Origin: an uncultured Thermodesulfobacteriota bacterium
Lineage (GTDB): Bacteria; Desulfobacterota; WTBG01
Assembly (NCBI GenBank): GCA_964459295.1
Contig: CAYWLT010000001.1
Coordinates: forward strand, 1 to 49,024
Direction of reading: 5' to 3'
Length of the DNA stretch: 49,024 bases
Shown here: piece after piece, positions 25,649 through 34,090 of the stretch
Position numbering within the stretch: position 1 is the stretch's first letter
How the letters are laid out: every line of letters begins with the position of its first letter
Made by a program: the position numbers and the translations under genes
Notes under the pieces: generated by a model
Databases searched by the model: none
Seen by the model: the letters and a program-made list of their open reading frames with translations, nothing else
Told to the model about the DNA's origin: nothing

Positions 25649-27349
25649 GATCATATTGAGCAACTCCTGCAACAGCTCATCTACCGCAACTATCACCTTT
25701 GCCGATGCGATATAAGCCTGTTGAAATCTCACGAGGTTTGCCATCTCCTCATCCAGATTAACCCCCGACACAGACTGCTTTCGGTTGCTAAGCTGGTCAA
25801 CCATGGTTTGGGTATAGTCGTGGGATCGGGAGGAGCCTGCTGCCCTTACCCCGATTTCACCCACCAGCCCGTTAAAAAAACTGCCGAAACCGGCGGTCGC
25901 ATTGTTCATGGTATATGCGTCCCGCAGCGCCGCAATGGCCCGGGCGTTGAGGTTGTCGCTTCCCGAGTTTCCCTCTGCCGCAGCTATTTTCCCCACATCC
26001 CCCGCCAGCACCTGATTGACGGCCATGGCTTTGGCTGCATCCTCGATTGTATTGACCGTAAAAATATCTCCCCTCGCGGGGCCACCGACCCCATCGTTAA
26101 TTGCCGCCCTTATCCCGTCAAACTCAATGAGGGTTCCACTGGTGTACACAAAGGATCCGCCATTATCGATCACGCCGTTTATGCGGGCGGTCATGACCTG
26201 CGCTCCATCGGTGGTATTGTGTATTTCAAATGTGTCCGCTCCGGTAAATCTAATTTCATAATCATCGAGGGTCAGCCCGGAGGTATCATAGACCGCACCG
26301 GTAGTGATTGAGGCACCGCCGGCATTATTGCCCGAAGATCCGGTGTGCACCGTAAGGGGATGAAAAAAATTATTTTCGGTGGAACCGTCGATCCCAAAAC
26401 CGTAGTAGTGAAGCTTGTTTACCTCATGGATAATCCCCGCGGCGAGCTGATTCACTTTTTTTAGATAAGAAGGAATAGCGGTGTCTCTCATTTCTATCAA
26501 TCCGCTCAGCTCTCCTCGGCTTATCCTTTCCGTAAGATCGGTTAAGCCGCCATTTCCATCATCCCACATCATCCGATAGAAGTTGTGATTGGCCACATCG
26601 GCCTGCGCGACTAAATGCCAGCCGGTCTTTCCCTGCACCAGGGGATTCCCATTTTCGAGAAAGATGGCAACCTGACCCGCACTTTCTTCAAAATAGCTAA
26701 TACCGATCTCTTCCGCCAGCTCATCCAGCAGACAATCCCTTTGATCTCTCAGGTCGTTAGCGTAGCCCCCCCCAATTTCGATCGATGCGATTCGCACATT
26801 GAGACCGGCAATCCGGTCAATCAGTCCATTGATATTATCTATCGCCCCTTTAATGCTGCCGTTAATGTCCTCCTGCAGGGCATAAAGATCGTGCTGCTTT
26901 TTATTAAAGCCCTCTGCCATCATTTCTGCTTTACCGAGTAACGCACTCCGCTCCGCCTGCCCCTGAGGGTTGTTGGCCAGAGCCTGCCAGGCATTCCAGA
27001 ATTCTCCCATCATGGTGCTCAAACCATAGCCGTCGGATTCATTAAACATTTCTTCTAATCGCTGAAAATTAGCATACCGGGCCTTACAACTTCCCAATAG
27101 CTGGATCTCCGAATTAAGTTGCGCGCTGATAAACTTATCATATTCTCTCTTAACGGTTACCACCCTGACGCCGGTTCCTATTTGCCCCTGAGAAGTGGTG
27201 ATTGAAGGTCCTGCTTCCAACACAATATTTTGGCGGCTAAACCCCGGGGTATTGACATTGGCAATGTTGTGGGCTACCACCTCTATATTGGCTTGCTGGG
27301 CCAGGGTGCCCCACTTGGCCATATTGAGAACACCGTTTAGACCGGCCAT
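25646..27349 (-). CDS. flgK: Hook-associated protein FlgK (HAP1)
   Basis: MAGLNGVLNMAKWGTLAQQANIEVVAHNIANVNTPGFSRQ plus C-terminus VSGVNLDEEMANLVRFQQAYIASAKVIVAVDELL. AAGGGAG RBS before the ATG at 27349. Confidence 0.9.
   Translation of the reverse strand: MAGLNGVLNMAKWGTLAQQANIEVVAHNIANVNTPGFSRQNIVLEAGPSITTSQGQIGTGVRVVTVKREYDKFISAQLNSEIQLLGSCKARYANFQRLEEMFNESDGYGLSTMMGEFWNAWQALANNPQGQAERSALLGKAEMMAEGFNKKQHDLYALQEDINGSIKGAIDNINGLIDRIAGLNVRIASIEIGGGYANDLRDQRDCLLDELAEEIGISYFEESAGQVAIFLENGNPLVQGKTGWHLVAQADVANHNFYRMMWDDGNGGLTDLTERISRGELSGLIEMRDTAIPSYLKKVNQLAAGIIHEVNKLHYYGFGIDGSTENNFFHPLTVHTGSSGNNAGGASITTGAVYDTSGLTLDDYEIRFTGADTFEIHNTTDGAQVMTARINGVIDNGGSFVYTSGTLIEFDGIRAAINDGVGGPARGDIFTVNTIEDAAKAMAVNQVLAGDVGKIAAAEGNSGSDNLNARAIAALRDAYTMNNATAGFGSFFNGLVGEIGVRAAGSSRSHDYTQTMVDQLSNRKQSVSGVNLDEEMANLVRFQQAYIASAKVIVAVDELLQELLNMI
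26766..26773. repeat. C8 (G8 on the coding strand) homopolymer inside flgK
   Basis: Read directly: tagCCCCCCCCaat, encoding I-G-G-G-Y. Confidence 0.95.
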
Positions 27350-27350
27350 A

Positions 27351-27851
27351 CTATATCTCCCTTTTAAGTAGACTCCCAAACCGCGCCGCATCTTTTATTC
27401 TTCCGCTGTTCAGGTATGTAGGGTTTGCGGAGAAAGAATGATTTAGAAAATCCAGCGAACGATTGCAATAGAAAAGGGAATCTTTAACAATCAGTGAATT
27501 GCCCTGATTTATCTCTTGTATGCTGTTAAGCAGAGCAAGAAGGGTAGATCGCGAGTTGTTCAAGGCTGAACGATGAGGTTCCTCGGCCGCCGATGCCAGA
27601 TCGGATAAGGTCGGCGGCTGCTGAGAAATTCCATAGTGGGGGGATAATTGCTCAACCAGTGATACCCTCGACTCTTCCAGCATTTTAATCTTAACGCTTA
27701 ATGTTTCCTTTTTTTTGATATTTTCAAAGATATCATCCACCCGAAGGTCAACCAGGAGGCATCGGTCCTGCTGAATGCACGAAAGCAGTTCCTTGTACAA
27801 CTCTATCTCCCGATTTAAAATGTCAATCAGTTCCGACAGCAAGGTATTCAT
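27351..27851 (-). CDS. flgN: Flagellar chaperone FlgN
   Basis: MNTLLSELIDILNREIELYKELLSCIQQDRCLLVDLRVDDIFENIKKKETL is typical of FlgN. AAGGTGGA RBS before the ATG at 27851. The stop lies 1 nt before the flgK start. Confidence 0.8.
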   Translation of the reverse strand: MNTLLSELIDILNREIELYKELLSCIQQDRCLLVDLRVDDIFENIKKKETLSVKIKMLEESRVSLVEQLSPHYGISQQPPTLSDLASAAEEPHRSALNNSRSTLLALLNSIQEINQGNSLIVKDSLFYCNRSLDFLNHSFSANPTYLNSGRIKDAARFGSLLKREI

Positions 27852-27883
27852 GCTTTCCACCTTCTTTGAAGAAACAGGAACAG

Positions 27884-28120
27884 TCAATGGCTTCGCAGAT
27901 TAGGGCCCGGGGAAGATATGGCGGTACTATACAAAACTGTCGAAGATAACTTTTGAATCATTTTCCCTGATACGTCGTCCGCGGCGATAGTGTATGTCCC
28001 GGTTGCCACCGTTCTTTTGTATTGCGCCGCTCGGTCTTCTCGGTTCCCGGCGGTTGCTTCGATGTATACTACGGCGAAAAATCGGATAATCTTTAGTCCT
28101 TTATGGCATACTATCGTTCT
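27884..28120 (-). CDS. flgM: FlgM-like anti-sigma-28 open frame (78 codons) with no canonical start codon
   Basis: Not in the ORF track. Manual translation: ..KGLKIIRFFAVVYIEATAGNREDRAAQYKRTVATGTYTIAADDVSGKMIQKL... The segment NREDRAAQYKRTVATGTYTIAADDVSGKMI aligns residue by residue with the B. subtilis FlgM C-terminus [30 protein letters not shown]. Position immediately upstream of flgN is the canonical one. The only ATG/GTG/TTG in frame are too far downstream. GGAGGAAGG at 28125-28133 precedes an in-frame ATA and an out-of-frame ATG at 28109. Confidence 0.45.
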   Translation of the reverse strand, partial: RTIVCHKGLKIIRFFAVVYIEATAGNREDRAAQYKRTVATGTYTIAADDVSGKMIQKLSSTVLYSTAISSPGPNLRSH

Positions 28121-28309
28121 TTATCCTTCCTCCCCCTCGATAGCGGGAGCAATCTACCGGGTCGGCGATAACGTAACCTGCCCCGGGCAGCTTAAAAAAT
28201 AGGGATGCAGGACCGGTAAATGCCGCGGGAAGTGCACATGCTGGCACGTTGCAATGGCGAAAGGTGCGCCTGAATCGGCCGGGGGGCGGGTTGCAGGCGC
28301 CGGCTAAAA

Positions 28310-29119
28310 TTAAAATAACTGAGCGTACTGCCTCGCCTGGTTTAGACGAGTGAACTTTGAGGGGTCAACCACTTTTCCCTCTACTCTCACTTCATAGTGG
28401 AGATGGGGACCCGTCGAACGCCCCGAACTTCCCACCAGTGCGATGGGCTGGTCTTTTGCAACCATTTCCCCTGCTTTCACCAGGTTTCGTGAATTATGGG
28501 CATAGAGTGTGCTAATACCGTTGCTATGCGCTATCTCAACTACCTGCCCGTACCCTCTTCTCCATCCGCTATAGACAACCATTCCTTCTCCCGCCGCCAT
28601 AATTTCAGAGCCGAAAGGTTTTGCCAGATCGATGCCGTTATGGAAATCTCGTTTGCCGGTAAAAGGGTCGGTCCTCCAGCCATAGTGAGAAGAAATGCTT
28701 CCGGAAACCGAGAGCTCGGGCACCGGATTATTGTTTCTCATCACACGAGTCTTATCATATCGGTGGACTCTGCTATGGCGTGGTAATATCTTTCCCCGCT
28801 CGCCGGTTAATTGCTCGATCAGCGCCTCTTTAAGACCGAGTCCCTGTCTCAAAGCCATCTGCTTAGAGATCTCTTCATCCATCATCTCGGTAAACACCCG
28901 TTCACCTTTCCCGCCGTCAATCAGCTCTGATTTAACTACCGTTTTTCTCATCTGCTTCATAAGCTGGTTAATGAAAAGCGACTCAAATTCGGCACATGCC
29001 TCTTTTAGCTTTTGTGAATCGGCAGCGGACCCCCGTTTGTGATGTGCTTCCGTCTTTTCCATTGTAAGCACTTTTGCGGTAAGCGGGGGCGTATATGATA
29101 GAGAGGTAAGTTTAGTCAT
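28310..29119 (-). CDS. flgJ: FlgJ-like rod-binding domain fused to an M23 (LytM) metallopeptidase
   Basis: N-terminal half ACAEFESLFINQLMKQMRKT (rod-binding/FlgJ_N). C-terminal half HNGIDLAKPFGSEIMAAGEGMVVYSG...GPHLHYEVRVEG (M23 HxxxD / HxH motifs). Confidence 0.8.
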   Translation of the reverse strand: MTKLTSLSYTPPLTAKVLTMEKTEAHHKRGSAADSQKLKEACAEFESLFINQLMKQMRKTVVKSELIDGGKGERVFTEMMDEEISKQMALRQGLGLKEALIEQLTGERGKILPRHSRVHRYDKTRVMRNNNPVPELSVSGSISSHYGWRTDPFTGKRDFHNGIDLAKPFGSEIMAAGEGMVVYSGWRRGYGQVVEIAHSNGISTLYAHNSRNLVKAGEMVAKDQPIALVGSSGRSTGPHLHYEVRVEGKVVDPSKFTRLNQARQYAQLF

Positions 29120-29121
29120 TT

Positions 29122-30228
29122 TTAAATAATCACCAGCTCAGCCTGCAGGGCACCGGCAGCTCTGATTGCCTGGAAAATAGAAATCAAATCACGGGGAGAA
29201 ACGCCTATCGCGTTTAAACCCCGGACAACTTCTCCTAAGTTAGCCCCCTGAGGAATAACAACCAACTTTCTTGTCTCTTCCTGGGCGGTCAGCGCGGTTT
29301 CAGGGGTAATCACTGTCTCACCCTCGGAGAAGGGGAGCGGCTGCGATACTCGTTCGGTTTCCTTGATAATGACACTCAGGTTGCCGTGAGCAACAGCAAC
29401 CGTGGATATTCTCACATTCTCACCCATAATCACTGTTCCGGTTCGCTCATTGAGCACAACTTTGGCAACCGCATCCGGCGCAATTTCCAGATTTTCCACC
29501 TGGGATATAAACCCCACTACATTTTTCAGGCAGTTGGCGGGGATTGCGATCTCCACCGTACCGGCATCAACCGATTGTGCCAGCACTTCCCCGAAACTCA
29601 GGTTGACCGCGGTAGCGAGACGCTGCGAGGTGGTAAAATCGGGATTATTCAAATTTAATGAAATCTTCTCTCTATCCGCCAGGTGCAAGGACAAATCCTT
29701 TTCCACAATAGCTCCTCCCGGGATGTAGCCTACGGTGGGATGGTTTTTCTGAACCCCTCCTCCCGCTGCGCCACCGGCGGAAAATCCTCCGATAGAAATG
29801 GGACCCTGAGCCACCGCATACACATTGTTATCGGGGGCTGCGAGCGGGGTAAGCAGTAGCGTGCCCCCCTGCAGGTCCTTGGCGTTACCCATGGAAGAAA
29901 CTACCACGTCGATTTGTGTTCCTACTTTGGCAAAGGCGGGCAACGTGGCAGTCACCATCACGCCGGCCACGTTATCAAGGTCTATCTTCTTTTTATCCAC
30001 CACAATCCCCATCCGGGTCATCATATTGGCTAAACTCTGGAAGGTAAATTCCGTCTTATCATCATCACCGGAGCGTTTCAATCCCACCACCAGTCCGTAA
30101 CCGATCAACTGGTTGGAGCGCGCTCCCTCGATATTGACGACATCTTTAATCCGGGCCGCGCCGGAATCCTTCCCGGTCACCAGCAGATAGGCGAGTGCCA
30201 GGCCAATGATCATACTTTTTTTCATCAT
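29122..30228 (-). CDS. flgI: Flagellar P-ring protein FlgI
   Basis: ARIKDVVNIEGARSNQLIGYGLVVGLKRSGD... and C-terminus LNAIGVSPRDLISIFQAIRAAGALQAELVII. Confidence 0.95.
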   Translation of the reverse strand: MMKKSMIIGLALAYLLVTGKDSGAARIKDVVNIEGARSNQLIGYGLVVGLKRSGDDDKTEFTFQSLANMMTRMGIVVDKKKIDLDNVAGVMVTATLPAFAKVGTQIDVVVSSMGNAKDLQGGTLLLTPLAAPDNNVYAVAQGPISIGGFSAGGAAGGGVQKNHPTVGYIPGGAIVEKDLSLHLADREKISLNLNNPDFTTSQRLATAVNLSFGEVLAQSVDAGTVEIAIPANCLKNVVGFISQVENLEIAPDAVAKVVLNERTGTVIMGENVRISTVAVAHGNLSVIIKETERVSQPLPFSEGETVITPETALTAQEETRKLVVIPQGANLGEVVRGLNAIGVSPRDLISIFQAIRAAGALQAELVII

Positions 30229-30304
30229 CTATGTTCCTTTCGGCATGTCTCTCGGTGGATGCCACTGGTGAGCCATGCTATGCACGCTCGGGATAGATCA
30301 GAGG

Positions 30305-31042
30305 TTAAAGGGGATAGAGCCAGTCAAATATGCGATGGAACACTCCCGGTTTCTGCTTGTCACTGACAACCCCGGTCCCCGAATACTCGATCCGGGCATC
30401 CGCAATCCTGCTGGACGCAACACTATTGTCAAATTCTATGTCTTCAGGCCGGACGATGCCGCTCAACAAAATAAAACGTTTCTCTTTATCAAAGGTAACT
30501 TCTTTTCGTCCCTCAATCCGGAGATTTCCGTTAGGCATCAGGTCTATTACTTTCGCGCTGATGCGCGCGATCATCTTATCGCTGCCGCTGATCTTCCCTG
30601 ATCCGCTGTGAGAACTCTTTGCTGAACTGGTGATCTCCGGCTGAAAAGGGATGTCGTTTCCCTCGTCATCCTTACCCCAGAAGTTTTTCAGACCGAAGTG
30701 GAGGGGAGATCCCAAAAACTTGGTGATACTTGCAAGGATGCTTGAATCTCTGGCTGTCTTGGTCGACATCTGTTGAGAAACATTTGACATTTCTTCAATC
30801 CTAATAGTCAGGATGTCGCTTATGCGCCGGGCCTTGGTATCCATATACATTGATGAACTGGTGTCCCGCCAGAGCGAACCCTCATAGCGATACCGGAAAG
30901 GAGGCTGCTCAATGTCTTTTGCCTGGTGATCAAGATATTGCGAATTCGGACTCTGCCGCTCCAGGGGACCCAATCCTCCGCTTACCGCAATTGCCGGGCA
31001 CAATAATACCGCACCAAACCACACACATAGCCTCTTCTTCAT
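30305..31042 (-). CDS. flgH: Flagellar L-ring protein FlgH
   Basis: GSLWRDTSSSMYMDTKARRISDILTIRIEE...LMPNGNLRIEGRKEVTFDKEKRFILLSGIVRPEDI. GGTGAGG RBS before the ATG at 31042. Confidence 0.9.
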   Translation of the reverse strand: MKKRLCVWFGAVLLCPAIAVSGGLGPLERQSPNSQYLDHQAKDIEQPPFRYRYEGSLWRDTSSSMYMDTKARRISDILTIRIEEMSNVSQQMSTKTARDSSILASITKFLGSPLHFGLKNFWGKDDEGNDIPFQPEITSSAKSSHSGSGKISGSDKMIARISAKVIDLMPNGNLRIEGRKEVTFDKEKRFILLSGIVRPEDIEFDNSVASSRIADARIEYSGTGVVSDKQKPGVFHRIFDWLYPL

Positions 31043-31078
31043 CCTGTACCTCACCCTGTTAGCTGATGGGTTAACCCC

Positions 31079-31122
31079 CGGTGGTTATTGAAAAACTTCC
31101 ATTTGCTTTGTGGCTAAAAAGG
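31079..31122 (+). repeat. Dispersed intergenic repeat, copy 5 (inverted partner of copy 6)
   Basis: CGGTGGTTATTGAAAAACTTCCATTTGCTTTGTGGCTAAAAAGG against the consensus GGCGGTTGAAAAACACCCATCTGATTCGTGGCTCAAAGGGG. Confidence 0.7.
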
Positions 31123-31125
31123 CGC

Positions 31126-31171
31126 TCTCTTTGAGCCACGGATGTGTCACCATTTTTTCAACCGACTGCTA
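31126..31171 (-). repeat. Dispersed intergenic repeat, copy 6. Its terminal CTA is the flgA TAG stop.
   Basis: The plus strand reads TCTCTTTGAGCCACGGATGTGTCACCATTTTTTCAACCGACTGCTA. Confidence 0.8.
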
Positions 31172-32152
31172 GAAAATCACTTCCACCGTCTTCGAGTCCC
31201 TTACCTTGCCGTATACTTCTTTCTGGGAGCCTGTATTTATTACCCGAACCTTTTCTCCCTTACCGCCGTTATCGATTGCCATTCCTTGGGTGGTAATTTT
31301 TACCACATCCGACTCGGCTAGAATCGTCACCAGGTCGCCCCGCTTTACCAGAGGCATAGCCTTCAGAAATTTGGATCTGAGGGGATGGTTGATGTCCATT
31401 GCCCTCTGAGTGCTCATCCCTATTGCCTCCAGGGGGTCAGTAATAACGTCTTCGGGGAATTCTTTGAGGCTCAGCGTATCCAGCCGAATGTCATTCTGGG
31501 TGATGACATGATCTCTCGGTAAGGTCCGGTTGCATACCACCACTTTCTGGGATACCTCTATTTCGGCGTTTACCCAGATCTTTTTTTCCGCTTTCCCGTC
31601 CACCATAAACACCAGCCCAAGGGTGGTACTTCCCAGATAATCTTCATTTCTCTGCGGTGTGACCTCATAAGTAATTTTCCCCGCAAGGAGGGAAATGGGG
31701 CCTGCCGGTGAAATCCTAATAGATGTTAGATTTTGGTCCCAGCTCATTTTTTTGTGAATGAAGCTCCTCACGATTTCATTTATTTCTTTGGGAGAGATGA
31801 TAACCGTCTTGCGTGTCACCTCGATCTTTTCAGGAAGACGGAGGGCGATGGTATCGATACCGATACCATTTTGTCTCACCCTTGATCTAAGATAATCGGC
31901 GCTGATAATCCTCGCTTCTCCGGGGGAAGGCGATTTGCCAAGCGTGATGGATTGCAGCTTCTCCAACAGGGTGGTATCCCCTCCTTCGATTTGGGAAATC
32001 TCACCCAGTACAATCATGTCTGAGCTCACCTGAGCATGCGCCGGCACCATGACGGTGGTCACCGCCAGAGCCGGAGGGGTGCGGCATACGGAAAAGGAAA
32101 GCACCGCGCCGGCCAGCAGAAAAAATATTAATATCCTGAAGGACTTTTTCAT
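31169..32152 (-). CDS. flgA: Flagellar P-ring assembly chaperone FlgA (327 aa)
   Basis: Signal-peptide-like N-terminus. C-terminus VKRGDLVTILAESDVVKITTQGMAIDNGGKGEKVRVINTGSQKEVYGKVRDSKTVEV is the FlgA/SAF signature. Confidence 0.8.
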   Translation of the reverse strand: MKKSFRILIFFLLAGAVLSFSVCRTPPALAVTTVMVPAHAQVSSDMIVLGEISQIEGGDTTLLEKLQSITLGKSPSPGEARIISADYLRSRVRQNGIGIDTIALRLPEKIEVTRKTVIISPKEINEIVRSFIHKKMSWDQNLTSIRISPAGPISLLAGKITYEVTPQRNEDYLGSTTLGLVFMVDGKAEKKIWVNAEIEVSQKVVVCNRTLPRDHVITQNDIRLDTLSLKEFPEDVITDPLEAIGMSTQRAMDINHPLRSKFLKAMPLVKRGDLVTILAESDVVKITTQGMAIDNGGKGEKVRVINTGSQKEVYGKVRDSKTVEVIF

Positions 32153-32169
32153 GGTGATATCACCCTCTT

Positions 32170-32961
32170 TTAGCGTCTAATATTGTTTGCCATTTGCAGC
32201 ATCTCGTCTGCGGTTTGAATGGCCTTGCCGTTAATCTCGTACGCTCTTTGAGCTAAAATCATTTGCACCATCTCTTCCACGATACTGACATTGGACATTT
32301 CCAGAAATCCCTGGCTAATGGTGCCTAGTCCGTCTTCCCCCGGTGTGCCGGTGGTGGGGTTTCCGGACGTCTCTGATTCTAAGAAGAGGTTTTTGCCTAT
32401 TGCCGTCAACCCGGCCGGATTGGCGAATCGAGCTGTCTCAATGTTTCCAATCTCAGAAGGTGCGGTCTCTCCGGCGTTCATCACGGTTATCGTTCCATCA
32501 AGGCCGACGGTGAGCTGGCTCGCGTTTTCCGGTACGGTTATCTGGGGCTGCAGCAAATACCCATCTGAGTTAACAATATTTCCACTGCCATCAAGCTTGA
32601 ATGCCCCTGCCCGGGTGTAGGCGATCTCACCGTCCGGAGTAGTGATTTGAAAAAACCCCCGCCCGTCAATAGCAAGATCAAGCTCGTTTCCCGTCTGTTT
32701 GTAATCCCCCTGGGCAAAGAGCTTGTCGACCGCCGACACTTTGGCGCCAAGTCCTATCTGGTTGGAAGTAGGTATTTCAGTGCCCGTCGATGAGGCTGCT
32801 CCCGCGATTCTCAAGTTTTGGTAAAACAGATCCTGGAAATCAGCCCGGCTCCTTTTAAAACCGGTGGTATTCACGTTGGCGAGGTTATTGGCAATAACGT
32901 CCATATTGAGCGCTTGTGAGCTCATACCCACCGCCGCCGTCCATAGAGATCTTAATGACAT
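32170..32961 (-). CDS. flgG: Distal rod protein FlgG
   Basis: [48 protein letters not shown] plus C-terminus [36 protein letters not shown]. Confidence 0.95.
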   Translation of the reverse strand: MSLRSLWTAAVGMSSQALNMDVIANNLANVNTTGFKRSRADFQDLFYQNLRIAGAASSTGTEIPTSNQIGLGAKVSAVDKLFAQGDYKQTGNELDLAIDGRGFFQITTPDGEIAYTRAGAFKLDGSGNIVNSDGYLLQPQITVPENASQLTVGLDGTITVMNAGETAPSEIGNIETARFANPAGLTAIGKNLFLESETSGNPTTGTPGEDGLGTISQGFLEMSNVSIVEEMVQMILAQRAYEINGKAIQTADEMLQMANNIRR

Positions 32962-32988
32962 GTTATTCCTCCTTTTAACCGGTGAACC

Positions 32989-33756
32989 TTAAGCCACTGC
33001 GGCTATTTCTTTGGTTGCCTGAGCATCTATTTCATCCAGGGCACGGATAACCTTTTGATAAGACTCACAGATCCGTGTCACATCTATCATCTTCACCATT
33101 TCCTGCACGATATCTATATTGGAGAGCTCCAGGTGGCGCTGTTGTACCTCGCTTACCTCAGCTTGACGTTCATTGGCGGTGCCTTTTACGTTTTTAAAAA
33201 GGTTATCTCCTACCTTTACCAAGCCCGAGTAATCTTCAAAATCAACCACTTTTAAGGTATCAACCAGCTGTCCGTCCACGGTTATCGTGCCGTCCCGGGC
33301 AATATCGATCGTTTTCCCTTCTATTAATATATTTTTCTCTTTTCCTCTTACCGGATGGCCACTCTGGGTAACAAGCTCTTTCTTGCTATTGAGTGAAAAA
33401 TTGCCTGTCCGGGTATAGAGCTCACCTCCGGGGGTGTTCACTGCGAAAAAGCCTGAGCCGCTGATGGCGACATTCAACTCGTTTCCGGTTTGTTGCATCT
33501 CACCTACCGAAAAGTCGGTGGTAATACCGGATAACGTCGGATAACTCATGCTCATTTTTCGGGAGAGGACTAAACTTCTCGCATCAGCGTGGTCCGTCGG
33601 CACGGCGGTATCCAGCGCGGGGTATGTTGCGCCAAAGTGCGGTTTGTCTTCCTTGTAGCCGGACGTACTCACATTGGCAAGGTTGTTGGAAAGGATTTCG
33701 AGTCTCCTCTCCTGCATAATATCGCCGCACACCGCCGTATACAGTCCACTGCTCAT
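32989..33756 (-). CDS. flgF: Proximal rod protein FlgF (FlgG-family paralog)
   Basis: GLYTAVCGDIMQERRLEILSNNLANVSTSGYKEDK plus C-terminus LELSNIDIVQEMVKMIDVTRICESYQKVI. AAGGAG RBS. Confidence 0.8.
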   Translation of the reverse strand: MSSGLYTAVCGDIMQERRLEILSNNLANVSTSGYKEDKPHFGATYPALDTAVPTDHADARSLVLSRKMSMSYPTLSGITTDFSVGEMQQTGNELNVAISGSGFFAVNTPGGELYTRTGNFSLNSKKELVTQSGHPVRGKEKNILIEGKTIDIARDGTITVDGQLVDTLKVVDFEDYSGLVKVGDNLFKNVKGTANERQAEVSEVQQRHLELSNIDIVQEMVKMIDVTRICESYQKVIRALDEIDAQATKEIAAVA

Positions 33757-33798
33757 ATATTCACTCCTTACGTTTTTAAATTTGTGGAAGAAAGAGAA

Positions 33799-33813
33799 GC
33801 AAAAGGAATGCCA
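33799..33813 (-). promoter_or_regulatory. Sigma54 promoter upstream of flgF (TGGCAT-N5-TTGC)
   Basis: The minus strand reads TGGCATTCCTTTTGC, with GG-N10-GC spacing exact. The -12 element is ~43 nt before the flgF ATG. Confidence 0.55.
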
Positions 33814-33963
33814 CTTTTCCCAAGATAAAGAAATAGTTTAACCAATTGTAAAAACGGCGTATTTTGTTTTTTCGTTTTCGAGTCACGATCGCGAGCCCTT
33901 TATAACCGCCGCCCGGCAGGTATTTTTTTCCTACCTAAACTTGGACCGTATATCCGGAAACAT

Positions 33964-34010
33964 CCTTTTGAGCCACGAATCAGATGGGTGTTTTTCAACA
34001 GCCTGCTGGA
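33964..34010 (-). repeat. Dispersed intergenic repeat, copy 7
   Basis: The plus strand reads CCTTTTGAGCCACGAATCAGATGGGTGTTTTTCAACAGCCTGCTGGA. Confidence 0.85.
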
Positions 34011-34090
34011 AGCGGTTCGGAATAGCCTGTTTCAGCGGGCGTCGGTAGAAGCAATATGGAGAGCGCAGGATACGGGTTCAGTGGAAACAA

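Noticed and set aside
25607-26311. 234-aa + strand ORF.
   Set aside because: It is entirely antisense to flgK, whose frame has unmistakable FlgK N- and C-terminal signatures. The + frame reads like low-complexity mirror sequence.
28242-28253. TGGCACGTTGCA on the + strand.
   Set aside because: The -24 and -12 elements are adjacent, with no 4-5 nt spacer, so GG-N10-GC is not satisfied. There is no + strand gene downstream.
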